A stretch of DNA of 64,000 bases from Candidatus Peregrinibacteria bacterium (GCA_016188705.1 JACPHH010000028.1:1534-65533); one strand, 5' to 3'; positions 1 through 9,980 are shown, counted from the first letter of the stretch. Numbers and translations are program-made. The notes: a model not told the origin generated them from the letters alone.

Positions 1-454
1 CAATAGTTCCCGCGTCACCAGGATTCAAATGATTATGATATTTCCAGCTTCCTGAAACATCAAACGTGAACAACCAACTATCGTCCGGCTGAACGCCTTT
101 GCAAGCATCAAAAGTACTGCCGAGACACCCGCCTGTTGTAGGATACGAACGATGACTTGGATGAATCGCTGAAGCTGTCCACATTGACCGCGAGCTTTGA
201 TTTTTAAAAATAACGGTTTCACCCTTTTTAATCCGTAAAGCCGCTGGCGAATAACCTGCGTCGGTATATATTACTAATTTTTTTTCCGTAACAGAATCTT
301 CTCCTAAAGATGGCGGCAACGCCGAATTTGAGTATGTGGATGTATTTGAGTCCATAAGAAAAAATCCGCTCAACGCGATAACCAAAACAATAAAAATAAT
401 ACTAACGATTTTATTTATACTAAAAACCCCCTTAAAAAACTTTGGCGCGCCCAT
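1..454 (-). CDS. Cupredoxin-like membrane-anchored protein, 3'-partial (absent from ORF track)
   Basis: Manual translation from ATG 454: MGAPKFFKGVFSINKIVSIIFIVLVIALSGFFL...YTDAGYSPAALRIKKGETVIFKN...WTASAIHPSH...FTFDVSGSWKYHNHLNPGDAGTI, open to window edge; cupredoxin strand pattern with His-rich ligand motifs. Confidence 0.75.
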   Translation of the reverse strand, partial: MGAPKFFKGVFSINKIVSIIFIVLVIALSGFFLMDSNTSTYSNSALPPSLGEDSVTEKKLVIYTDAGYSPAALRIKKGETVIFKNQSSRSMWTASAIHPSHRSYPTTGGCLGSTFDACKGVQPDDSWLFTFDVSGSWKYHNHLNPGDAGTI

Positions 455-846
455 GTCGTTATTTTTTGAAAAAAAGAAACCCGAGGCAGCATTGATTGAG
501 GAAACGCGTCAATTACAAGCGCCAACGCCGCGACAAGAAGTCCAATATCCCGCACTGTTATATCAGTAATACCGCTTACCGTCAGAACAATAATAATATG
601 AATGGAACCGACAAAAGCCGCGAGCCACGACAAAAAATCAAAAAGCAAAAAAGCACCGACAATAATATCCAAAATGGCAGTCCCGATCATGGCTTTCTCC
701 AAAGGAACAGGCAAAAGACCCGCCGCCCATGGCTGCAAATAGCCGCCCCAAGCCTCCGGAGTTTTAAAAATCAAAACGCCAATCCACAAAAAAGTGATTG
801 CCAAACCGACTCTTAAAAAATGAAATGATGTTTTTTTCATGCTCAA
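415..846 (-). CDS. DoxX-family membrane protein
   Basis: LRVGLAITFLWIG N-terminal helix, four hydrophobic segments, VRDIGLL motif. Confidence 0.7.
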   Translation of the reverse strand: MSMKKTSFHFLRVGLAITFLWIGVLIFKTPEAWGGYLQPWAAGLLPVPLEKAMIGTAILDIIVGAFLLFDFLSWLAAFVGSIHIIIVLTVSGITDITVRDIGLLVAALALVIDAFPQSMLPRVSFFQKITTWARQSFLRGFLV

Positions 847-869
847 ATTTTTTATATTAAATTTTTATA

Positions 870-1283
870 TCAGAATTTAAGATTGCTTGCCAAAATTATA
901 ATCCCCATAAACCAAATGGTAAAGGCGGACATAAGACACCAAAAACACCAGGCTTTAATCACTCGCCACTGAAGATAAGTAAAAACCAAAGACAGAACCG
1001 CTCCAATCAAAACAGAAAGTTTAAAAAGAAGCTCCCAAAACATCAGCGGTCCGATGCCGATGACCAAAAAACTTGAAATAAATGAAGCCGAAATATAGAA
1101 CAACAAACCCAAAATATCATTTGGGATGATAAAAATTTTATTATATTTACTGTTTAAAACCAAAACGCAACTCTCTCCAATGGGGCAAACGGGTTTTTCA
1201 TGTTCAATCCGCGTACGAATAAGATAGGCTGTTTCGCTTATGCCAATCGCCGAGAGTGTAAAAAGAAGCGCGAATGCTGTCAT
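870..1283 (-). CDS. Vitamin K epoxide reductase (VKOR) family protein
   Basis: CPIGESC..VLNSKY loop cysteines, C-terminal WCFWC (CxxC), 4 TM segments. Confidence 0.85.
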   Translation of the reverse strand: MTAFALLFTLSAIGISETAYLIRTRIEHEKPVCPIGESCVLVLNSKYNKIFIIPNDILGLLFYISASFISSFLVIGIGPLMFWELLFKLSVLIGAVLSLVFTYLQWRVIKAWCFWCLMSAFTIWFMGIIILASNLKF

Positions 1284-1303
1284 TCCGTAATGTTAGGCGG
1301 TTA

Positions 1304-1660
1304 TTATTTTTTTGGATTTGGACCATATTTATTTTCTCCAGGGTTACTATCTTTAGCCATTAATACCACTAACCAAATGAATCCAATCAATGGAATAAGG
1401 TTTATTAATAACATCCAGCCGCTTTTTCCAATATCGTGCAATCTTCTTACTGAAACAGCTAATACCGGAATAAAAACCGCCAAAGAATAAATACCAGACA
1501 TTCCAAGACTTACTCCTAAATTGCGTTTAATAAATTCATCAATAATACTAAGCACGATGCTAATAATTATATTGAATAAAATAAAATACCAATACTCGGC
1601 CCGTTGAGAACGTCCATTAAAAACGGCGTACTTCTTCAATGCTGATAGGTAATAATTCAT
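1304..1660 (-). CDS. DUF805 (YhaH-like) membrane protein
   Basis: FNGRSQRAEYW, VRRLHDIGKSGW, GENKYGPNP motifs. Confidence 0.9.
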   Translation of the reverse strand: MNYYLSALKKYAVFNGRSQRAEYWYFILFNIIISIVLSIIDEFIKRNLGVSLGMSGIYSLAVFIPVLAVSVRRLHDIGKSGWMLLINLIPLIGFIWLVVLMAKDSNPGENKYGPNPKK

Positions 1661-1820
1661 GATATTTTAATTTTAAAAATTATGACGACCTTAATTGAGA
1701 AACATTAAAAAGGGCTTAAAAATTCCCTTAAAAATAATATACCAAAAAAAATAAAATTTTCAACCTTAGAAATTTTTTATTCCACTTAAAATTTAGGCAG
1801 TGTTCACAGCGGTCAAACTT

Positions 1821-2262
1821 TGGTGGAGATGCCGGGAGTCGAACCCGGGTCCAAAGACGAAGAAGAAAAACCTCTACAATCATAGTTTGCTTTCATTGAG
1901 CCATTAAAAGATAAAAAACAAACGAAAAACCTTATAATGGCAAGTTCAAAATTTTCGTGATTTTGACCGAACTTACAAATCAAAATCCTTATCCTGAAAA
2001 GTTACACCGTAAAGAAATTATCAGGAATCATTTCCCACGATGCTCGTCAGCCTCCATTAAGGGAGGCTGAAACGAGAAAAACCTTAGGCAAGAACTGGCA
2101 CGGGAGCAAGAGCCTTGAGAGCCCTTACTGTTGCCATCTCACCAAAAGTTCGCAGATTTTCTGCACTTAATGCGCGCTGGACGGATTAAAGGTGGGACAG
2201 CGCGACCACCTGATTGCCATCTTTCCTCAAAAACATCTCTGTCGAAGCCAAATTACATCCCC
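1821..2262 (-). ncRNA. ssrA: tmRNA
   Basis: 5' end GGGGATGTAATTTGGCTTCGAC; 3' end GGACCCGGGTTCGACTCCCGGCATCTCCACCA; tag frame 2164-2084 AENLRTFGEMATVRALKALAPVPVLA*. Confidence 0.95.
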
Positions 2263-2282
2263 ATGTGTCAAAGAGCAAAAAA

Positions 2283-2310
2283 AGTATAGCAATAAAACCT
2301 TATTTGTAAA
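2283..2310 (-). promoter_or_regulatory. Probable sigma70 promoter of ssrA
   Basis: TTTACA-N16-TATACT with TG extension, about 20 nt upstream of the mature 5' end. Confidence 0.55.
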
Positions 2311-2472
2311 GGAACCTCTGAAAAACGTAACTTCGTAACGAAATTTTACCATGTTGAGCGAAAAATGTGAAAAGCGACAAAGACGTATCAGATAAGATAC
2401 GTTGAGGAGCTTTGAACATTTTGCAGCCAACATGGTAAAATTGCAGTAGATGGTAGGTTTTTCAGAGGTTCC
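2311..2472 (+). mobile_element. Palindromic miniature element (MITE) family A, full copy
   Basis: TIR GGAACCTCTGAAAAAC/GTTTTTCAGAGGTTCC, TAAA on both flanks, nested stems around CGTATC-N6-GATACG. Confidence 0.8.
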
Positions 2473-2641
2473 TAAAGCGCGTCATGGGTACCGATGTCAT
2501 AAAAAATAAACACCGCGCCATCTTTTCTATAAAGAGCTCTTAAATCATATCCGATAAAAATAGCTCGATATCCAAAAAGTTTTCCGCCAAGAATATGATT
2601 TTTCAGTTTTGTATCAAAAGGATTACGCTCAAATAAAAAGC

Positions 2642-5600
2642 CTACAAATGTTTCTTTTTAGGCTTGCTTCCAAGCCGTTTCACGTTCTCTCGAAGCTCTG
2701 AAAACCAATTTACGCCCAAATCCTTGCTTTTAATTTTCAACTTGCTTCCGCTAATAATCCACTTGCTGTTATACTCAAGCATGTTAAAAATGTGTTCAGG
2801 CTTCATTTTGTCCGACATCGTCATCACAATTTGCCGCTGATCGGGATCGTGAATATTTTCAGCCTTAATATTTGTAAGAAAAGCCTTTTTCGCCAAAATT
2901 TTCACTTCCAACACCCTGAAAAGATTACGCACTTCTCGCGGCATTTGTCCATAATCTTCCACGAGTTCGCCGGACAATTCATCAAGATATTCTTTATTAT
3001 CCGCGGAAGCAAGCCGTTGATACACATTAATTTTCTCCTTCGTGTTAACGACATAATAATCAGGAATAAAACAAGTAAGAGGAAGTTCAATCGACACGTC
3101 CGCGATTTCTTCAGTTTCCGCCCGCTTCCCTGCTTTCAAATCCTCAACGGCCTTATTGAGCATGCGCATAAAATGACTCACTCCAACCACGTTAATGGCG
3201 CCATGCTGATTAACTCCCAAAATATCGCCTGCTCCGCGAATTTCAAGATCCTTCATGGCAATTTGAAAACCTGATCCCAATTCAGAAGCCTCAACAATGG
3301 CGCGAAGGCGTTTTTTAGCATCAAGAGGAAGTTTTTGCTGATGATAAAGAAAATAAGCATAAGCTTGCGTTCGACTTCGACCCACGCGACCTCTCAATTG
3401 ATAAAGCTGCGCGAGTCCAAATCGTTCAGCGTTATTTACAATCAAAGTATTGGCATTTGGAAGATCAATTCCATTTTCAATAATCGTGGAACTCACAAGA
3501 ACATCATATTTACCATCTTTAAAATTAATAATAGCCTGTTCCAATTCGGAATTAGAAAGCTTTCCGTGAGCGACAATAAATTTTGCTTCAGGGATAAGAG
3601 TAGACAGGCGTTCCATGACGCCATCAATGGTTTGCACCCGATTATGAAGAAAATAAACCTGACCCTTTCGTGCGATTTCACGTAAAATCACGTCGCGCAC
3701 AAGCTCATTTGAATACCTTCGAACCTCGGTAATAACGGGAAGCCTGCCCGGAGGCGGCGTGGTGATAGTGGTAATGTCGCGAATTTTATTAAGCGCGATA
3801 TTCAGTGTTCTTGGAATCGGCGTCGCGGTAAGAGTCATGATATCTACTTCTTTTCGAAGATGTTTAAGGGTTTCTTTCTGCTTCACCCCAAACCGCTGCT
3901 CTTCATCAATAATAACAAGACCAAGGTCTTTAAATTTAATATCGCTTTGAAGGAGTCGATGCGTTCCAATAATAATATCGACCTCGCCTCGTTCCAAACG
4001 ACATAAAATATCTTTTTGTTCTTTTTTACTTTTAAAGCGCGAAAGCATTTCCACCCTGACATGAAAATCATTCATTCTTTTTGTAAAAGAATGATAGTGC
4101 TGATCCGCCAAAATAGTAATAGGTGAAATAAGCGCGACCTGTTTGCCGTTTTGAACCGCCTTAAAACTTGCCCTCATGGCCACTTCCGTTTTTCCAAATC
4201 CAACGTCTCCACAAATAAGCCTATCCATTGGCTTAGCTTTTTCCATGTCGGCCTTAACGTCAAGAATGGCTTTCACTTGACCGGGAGTCTCTTCGTAAGG
4301 AAAAGTTTTTTCAAATTTTTCCTGGTCAGGGACGTCTTGTTTAAAAGCAAATCCTTTCGCTTGTTGCCGACCGGCGTACAATTCCAAAAGCTCTTGAGCG
4401 ATTTTTTCCGTTTCTTTGCGAACTTTATTCGTAACAGTAGCCCATTCAGCCGAACCAAGCCGCGTTAATTTTGGAGCGCCTTCCGACGCGCCTATATACT
4501 TATTAACTTTATCAGCCTGATCAATTGGAACAAAAAGCTTATCATTTTCCGCGTAGCCGATTTTTAAATATTCCCGCGTTACGTTATCAACGGTTCGTTT
4601 CTCCAAGCCCTGATACATGCCAATACCATGGTCTGAATGAACCACGTAATCGTTTACGCGAAGACTTGTAAGAAAATCGAGATACACTTTTTGTGAAGAC
4701 TGGGCTCGTTTGCGCTCCTTAAAACTCATAATCTCCTTATCCGTCATGACAAGAATCTTCTCGTGCGGATTTTGAAAGGCATAAGGATACGTATCTTCTT
4801 TATCGATTTCTAAAAGAAAAATTCCATCTTTCTCTTGCTGGGACGCCATTACATGAAATGGAATATTTTTTTCATCAAAAATCGCCTTCATTTCATTAAA
4901 GTTTTTCGTAAAAAAAAGAATTTTCCAATTCGTCTGTTGCTTCTCGCGAAAATCATTCAAAAGATCATGCAAAGAATAATACCGAAGAACAGAAAGATAA
5001 TGAAGGTTTTCGTGGCGATCGCCTTCTTCAAAAAATGACGTAAAGCTTAAGGAATGAAATTGCTCTTTTCTTTGCTTAAACACGGTGTCAAAAAGCTCAG
5101 AAAACTCATCAATGGCCTCAATTTCATCATCAATAACAAGCGTTTCTTTTGGTAAATAATCCATAAGACAACTACGAGAAAAATCACCATTCACGGGATA
5201 TATTTCTAAATGAGTCAATTCCGTAAGGTGCGACTGTGTTGTTTTATCAATTAACATCATTTTACCAAGTTGATCAAAGTCAGCCTCAATCACCACGGGA
5301 CTCTCCATGTTCACGGGAAAAATCGACAAAACTCCTCCTTGCCGAAAATACTTTCCTTTATCTAAAACCATGTCTTCTGAAACCTCATATCCACGATCAA
5401 TAAGTTGTTCAAAAAGATCCATAATCGGCATATTATCACCCTTTTTAAGAGTAATAACCCTTTGAATAATTTCATCATAAAGAGGAACTGTTTGAAAAAG
5501 GGAAGTATAGGAAAAAACAATAATAACCCGATCGCTATTTTGAAGAAGAGAAAGTGTTTCCAAAAGCCTCATTTGATTTATTTTTTCCTTTTCTTTATTC

Positions 5601-5878
5601 CCCTCTTGATTTAAGTCAAGCTCCAGGCTGTAAACAGGAATATCTGTCCACATATGAAGAGAATGAATAACATTTTCTTGTTCTGAAAAATTATTTACTC
5701 CCCAAAAAATCTTTTTTATTCCTTTGTCGCGCCGAAGAATATCGGAAATAATAAAAACTTTCGCGGAAAAATTTGAAACGCCGGAAAGGCTGATATTTTT
5801 AAATGCTTGAAAAAAAGAAAAAACTTTCAAATTATACTCATCCCCAAAAAGCGCGATAAGGTTTTTTAAAGCTAGCAA
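2642..5878 (-). CDS. mfd: Transcription-repair coupling factor
   Basis: DYVVHSDHGIG (RID), GDVGFGKTEVA, DEEQRFG, TATPIPRT, QLRGRVGR, TRCF C-terminal domain; exact start uncertain. Confidence 0.95.
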   Translation of the reverse strand: MLALKNLIALFGDEYNLKVFSFFQAFKNISLSGVSNFSAKVFIISDILRRDKGIKKIFWGVNNFSEQENVIHSLHMWTDIPVYSLELDLNQEGNKEKEKINQMRLLETLSLLQNSDRVIIVFSYTSLFQTVPLYDEIIQRVITLKKGDNMPIMDLFEQLIDRGYEVSEDMVLDKGKYFRQGGVLSIFPVNMESPVVIEADFDQLGKMMLIDKTTQSHLTELTHLEIYPVNGDFSRSCLMDYLPKETLVIDDEIEAIDEFSELFDTVFKQRKEQFHSLSFTSFFEEGDRHENLHYLSVLRYYSLHDLLNDFREKQQTNWKILFFTKNFNEMKAIFDEKNIPFHVMASQQEKDGIFLLEIDKEDTYPYAFQNPHEKILVMTDKEIMSFKERKRAQSSQKVYLDFLTSLRVNDYVVHSDHGIGMYQGLEKRTVDNVTREYLKIGYAENDKLFVPIDQADKVNKYIGASEGAPKLTRLGSAEWATVTNKVRKETEKIAQELLELYAGRQQAKGFAFKQDVPDQEKFEKTFPYEETPGQVKAILDVKADMEKAKPMDRLICGDVGFGKTEVAMRASFKAVQNGKQVALISPITILADQHYHSFTKRMNDFHVRVEMLSRFKSKKEQKDILCRLERGEVDIIIGTHRLLQSDIKFKDLGLVIIDEEQRFGVKQKETLKHLRKEVDIMTLTATPIPRTLNIALNKIRDITTITTPPPGRLPVITEVRRYSNELVRDVILREIARKGQVYFLHNRVQTIDGVMERLSTLIPEAKFIVAHGKLSNSELEQAIINFKDGKYDVLVSSTIIENGIDLPNANTLIVNNAERFGLAQLYQLRGRVGRSRTQAYAYFLYHQQKLPLDAKKRLRAIVEASELGSGFQIAMKDLEIRGAGDILGVNQHGAINVVGVSHFMRMLNKAVEDLKAGKRAETEEIADVSIELPLTCFIPDYYVVNTKEKINVYQRLASADNKEYLDELSGELVEDYGQMPREVRNLFRVLEVKILAKKAFLTNIKAENIHDPDQRQIVMTMSDKMKPEHIFNMLEYNSKWIISGSKLKIKSKDLGVNWFSELRENVKRLGSKPKKKHL

Positions 5879-6028
5879 AGAATATAAAAAAAATAATAAA
5901 TAAATTTATTAAGACTTCTTGGGGTTTTCAGGCTTATTCATATTTAATCTCGATTACAACACCTAAAAACTATTGAAAAAGGTGATTTTATAAAAAACAA
6001 AATACTAAAAATTGTTTATATAAAATAA

Positions 6029-7138
6029 TTACATCTTAAGAGGCATAATAATATGGATGTAATCATCTTTTCCGAGCGGCTTAAGAAGCGCTGGTGATAA
6101 TTTGGAATCAATTTCAAAAACCACCTCATGGCTTCCAATATTAGTTAAAATATCAAGAAGAAATTGAAAATTAAGAGCTATTTGATTATCTTCTCCTTGT
6201 ATTTGAGTAGAAATTTCTGTTGTTTCCTCTCCAACTTGGGTTTCTCCCGTGGATAAAATAAGTTTTTGCTCATTTGTAAGGCTTATTTTAATATTATTAC
6301 TTTCTTCTAATACAAACAGACTTACCTTTTTTACGCCAAGAATAAAATCTTGAGTTAAAAGAGTGCATTTTGTTTTACTGGTTTGGGGAATAATTTTTTC
6401 ATAATCAGGAAAACTCCCTTCAATAAGTCGTGAAACAAGTTCAATATTATCCACTTTAAAAAGTATTTGATTTTTTGAAACCTGTACTTCAATGGGAATA
6501 TTACTAGATAAACTCATAAGAATTTTCCCAAGTTCTTGAATGGTTTTTGCTGGAATAATGCACTGAATATTATTTTTCACTACTTCTTGCAAAGTAATTA
6601 TTTTTTTAGAAAGTCGATAGCTGTCAGTGGCGACAAGAGTAAGTTTATTTTTATCAACATGAAAAAGAATACCCGCGAGAGTTGGTCTGGAAAGATTTAC
6701 TGAGGCGGCAAAAACAACTTGATTAATGCCATTTATAAATTCTTCTACTGGAAGATTTACAATATTCGGCTGTTCGATTTTAGGAATAAGAGGAAATTCA
6801 TCTGCTGAAATACCTTTTATTTTTGTTCTTGAAGACTTTGATTTAATAGCAAGAGTAAGACCTTCTTCGAGTTTAAATTCTATTTTTTCATCTTGAAGAA
6901 GGTGTATATAATTCGTAAAAAGTTTAGCGGGGAGTGTAATACTTCCTTCGTTTTGAATATCAGCTTGAATCCAAAAATGAATGGCAATTTCAAGATTTGT
7001 GGCGGAAAAATAAAGTCTTTTTCCTTCTGCTTTTAAAAGAATATTATTTAAAACAGGTAAGGTGTTATGAAGACTTACTGCTTTATTTACAATATTTAAA
7101 GCAAATATCAGGCTTTTTTGATCTACTGAGAGTTTCAT
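6029..7138 (-). CDS. dnaN: DNA polymerase III beta clamp
   Basis: SATNLE, VATDSYRL, SRLIEGSFPDY, IIMPLK. Confidence 0.97.
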   Translation of the reverse strand: MKLSVDQKSLIFALNIVNKAVSLHNTLPVLNNILLKAEGKRLYFSATNLEIAIHFWIQADIQNEGSITLPAKLFTNYIHLLQDEKIEFKLEEGLTLAIKSKSSRTKIKGISADEFPLIPKIEQPNIVNLPVEEFINGINQVVFAASVNLSRPTLAGILFHVDKNKLTLVATDSYRLSKKIITLQEVVKNNIQCIIPAKTIQELGKILMSLSSNIPIEVQVSKNQILFKVDNIELVSRLIEGSFPDYEKIIPQTSKTKCTLLTQDFILGVKKVSLFVLEESNNIKISLTNEQKLILSTGETQVGEETTEISTQIQGEDNQIALNFQFLLDILTNIGSHEVVFEIDSKLSPALLKPLGKDDYIHIIMPLKM

Positions 7139-7199
7139 AAAATTCAATAATACCCACTCATTATAATCAAAAAAAAGTTTCTGACAAACTATTTCAAAA

Positions 7200-7560
7200 C
7201 CTTACGACATAATTTTTTTAAAATATATAAAATAGTAGTAAATAGACAGGGCTTGATAAATTTTTTTATTATTAGATATTTATATTTAGAGTATTAAAAA
7301 GCTTATTAAAAATATAAAAGAAAAAAGTTGAATATTTTTTTAATTCAAAAATAATGGCAATAAAGTAAAAGTTTTAGACAGTGTGTTAATAAAAACTTAA
7401 CTCTAATAAAATAATATTTTTCTTTATTTTAAAAATAAAAAAAACATCATTATATAGAGAAAAATAAAGGAATAAAAAAATAAGTCATGGCGAAAAAAAT
7501 TCTTCTGTCTAAAACTTGTGTATAACTTGTTAAAAAATATACGCGTATAAACTTTTTAAC
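7200..7560. other. Candidate replication origin elements (DnaA-trio-like tract and DnaA box)
   Basis: ATATAAAATAGTAGTAAATAGACAGGGC at about 7225-7252; consensus DnaA box TGTGTATAA 7517-7525; very AT-rich 600-bp gap upstream of dnaN. Confidence 0.5.
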
Positions 7561-7749
7561 AAAGATTTTTTTTCAAACCATTTACCAAGGAAAAACTCAA
7601 TTTTTTGCCGTAAAAATGGGAAAAATAAAACATTGAGATATTAAAAAATAAAAAACAAAAATAAAAAAGTGAAAAAATACTTTTCTACAAATAAAGGAAA
7701 CTTTCCAACTAAATAAAAAAAGTAAGGCGATGAGTAAATGCTAAAAAAA

Positions 7750-9717
7750 TTACACAGTTACTATAACAGGAAGTATAAGAGGTGTTTTCTCTATTTTTTT
7801 ATGAACAAACCTGTCCAGCCTGCTTCGAATATAATTTTTTACATCACCTCTTTTTGCGCGAGCGTCTCGGCTAATAATATCCTGATAAGCCTTTTTAGCC
7901 TCTTCCGTAACGGCTCCAATAAGTTCCTGAGATTCTTTCATGTAAATAAATCCGCGGGAAATGACATCGGGAATGCTTTTTAATTTTTTTGAATGACTGT
8001 CGACATTAAAAATAACAACAAGAACTCCGTTTCCAGCCATGATTTGTCGTTCCATAAGCACTTGGGCGCCAACATTTCCAACGCCAAGCCCGTCAACCAT
8101 AATATAATTCGTATCAACTTTTTCTTCTAAAACTCTAAGTTCGTGATTCACGATTTCTAAAATAGTGCCGTTATTCGCGATAATAGTATGTTTTTCGCCA
8201 TAACCAATGCTTTGCGCCAATTGAGCATGAGCCGTTCTCATATAAAGCTCTCCGTGAATTGGAACCATGTATTTTGGCCGAACAAGGTTCATCATAAGCT
8301 TAAGATCTTCTTGGCATCCGTGGCCAGAAGCATGAACGTCCATGACGGCATTAGAAATTGTTTTCACTCCCATTTGGCAGAGGTTGTTGATCACTGTTGT
8401 AATAGCTCGTTCATTTCCAATAATCGGCGATGATGAAAAAACAACCGTATCGCCTTTTTTCAAAATAATCTGAGCGTGATCTTTCATGGCCATGCGGGAA
8501 AGAGCGGAAAGCGCCTCTCCTTGGCTGCCCGTGGTAAGAATAACCGCGTCATCGCCGCCAACCATTTTTGGCGAAGCTTTGCGGATATCTTTCACGGTTC
8601 CTGGCGGAACTTTGATATAGCCGAGTTCCATGGCGATGCCAACGTTATCCACAATGCTTCGGCCGCTCAAATATACTTTTCGATCGTATTGAATGGCGGC
8701 CTGTATGATTTGTTGAATGCGTCCGAGAGAAGATGAAAAAACTGCGATAATAATGCGTCCTGGAATATTTTTAATCATATCGCTCAAAGTTATTCCAACG
8801 GTTTTTTCCGAAACGGTATAGCCCGGCTTAGTAGCGTTAGTGCTGTCGGAAAAAAGAGCGGTAACATTTTGAACTCCAAGTCTCGCCATTTTCGCAAAAT
8901 CCGCGGGCTTGGAATCAGGAGGCGTAAAATCAAACTTGAAATCGCCGGTATGAGCAATGGTTCCTGCTGGAGTTCTTACGATAACTCCTGCGGCATCTGG
9001 AATGCTATGATTGACTCGAAAAAGTTCCACTTGAAAATAGCCAAGCTGAATCACGTCATCATAATCAATGGTGTGGAGCCTGGCGGTCCGGTCGAGGTCA
9101 AATTCTTCAAGTCGTTTTCGCACAAGCCCCATAGTAAGCCTTGTTCCGTAAAATTCCGGCCCGCCAAGCTTATTATAGAGGTAAGGAATTCCTCCAATGT
9201 GGTCGAGGTGTCCATGTGTAATAAAAACCCCTCGAATTTTATGAGTTTTTCCTTGAAGATAGTTTGTGTCGGGAATGACGTAATCAACTCCCAGCATGTC
9301 TTCTTCAGGAAATTGAAACCCCATGTCAATAATGATAATGTCACTCGACTCTTTATGGCCGGCTGGAATATATTCCAAAACCATCATGTTTTTTCCTACT
9401 TCTTCAAGTCCTCCGAGCGGAATAATACGAAAAGTGCCATGGCCTTTTGGAGGAAGCGTTTGCGGAGCCACTCTGTGCGTGATTTTTTTTAAAAAATGAG
9501 TTGGCTTCTTTTCTGGAACGCCTTGAGTGCTTATTTGAGCTTCATGCCGCGCTTCTTCGCGAACATGTCCAAAATGTCGCCCCTTAGGACGATTTTGATC
9601 AGGAACACTTGTGTCATCGGGATCTTTTTTTTCTTGCGGAGCCTGTTCTGGCACCACTTTTCCTTGAGGAAGCAAGGTCTTTTTGAGCCATTGGCTCAAG
9701 TTGTCATCTTTTTCCAT
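7750..9717 (-). CDS. rnj: Ribonuclease J with about 95-aa N-terminal extension
   Basis: PLGGLEEVGKN, THGHLDHIG, HTGDFK, HASGH, PIHGE. Confidence 0.96.
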   Translation of the reverse strand: MEKDDNLSQWLKKTLLPQGKVVPEQAPQEKKDPDDTSVPDQNRPKGRHFGHVREEARHEAQISTQGVPEKKPTHFLKKITHRVAPQTLPPKGHGTFRIIPLGGLEEVGKNMMVLEYIPAGHKESSDIIIIDMGFQFPEEDMLGVDYVIPDTNYLQGKTHKIRGVFITHGHLDHIGGIPYLYNKLGGPEFYGTRLTMGLVRKRLEEFDLDRTARLHTIDYDDVIQLGYFQVELFRVNHSIPDAAGVIVRTPAGTIAHTGDFKFDFTPPDSKPADFAKMARLGVQNVTALFSDSTNATKPGYTVSEKTVGITLSDMIKNIPGRIIIAVFSSSLGRIQQIIQAAIQYDRKVYLSGRSIVDNVGIAMELGYIKVPPGTVKDIRKASPKMVGGDDAVILTTGSQGEALSALSRMAMKDHAQIILKKGDTVVFSSSPIIGNERAITTVINNLCQMGVKTISNAVMDVHASGHGCQEDLKLMMNLVRPKYMVPIHGELYMRTAHAQLAQSIGYGEKHTIIANNGTILEIVNHELRVLEEKVDTNYIMVDGLGVGNVGAQVLMERQIMAGNGVLVVIFNVDSHSKKLKSIPDVISRGFIYMKESQELIGAVTEEAKKAYQDIISRDARAKRGDVKNYIRSRLDRFVHKKIEKTPLILPVIVTV

Positions 9718-9749
9718 TCGTAGTATTGTTTGGTTAGTAAATGGTACTC

Positions 9750-9980
9750 CGTAAGGCCCCAAAAGGGTCAAGTCCTTACGAAAGTGTTTTCATGGCCTCA
9801 AGCCATAAAAAATAAACTTTTTTCTTCTTTAAGGTCGCGGTGATAATTGTTGGTTATGTGATACGATGCCGAAAACCTTTATCGAAGAAAACCTTTCTTG
9901 AGTGGAGAAAGGAAGAAATAAAAGCCTATGATATATAAACTCTCTATTTCTCACTTTCTCGAAGTTCAATACTCAGTATA
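9750..9980 (-). promoter_or_regulatory. Long structured 5' leader and extended -10 promoter of rnj
   Basis: TGG-TATACT (-10 at 9980-9975), then four inverted repeats (9905-9960, 9820-9891, 9792-9806, 9750-9780). Confidence 0.5.

Noticed and set aside
25-816. Track ORFs 25-222, 336-569 and 496-816
   Set aside because: Shadow frames of the cupredoxin-like and DoxX genes
2227-2433. 68-aa ORF, and similar ORFs at 44792-44983 and 49464-49709
   Set aside because: They are translations of palindromic elements, tmRNA or promoter DNA
8869-9492. Long antisense ORFs (8869-9492, 22111-22677, 24173-24733)
   Set aside because: Opposite-strand shadows of rnj, ftsZ and ftsA with no recognisable motifs
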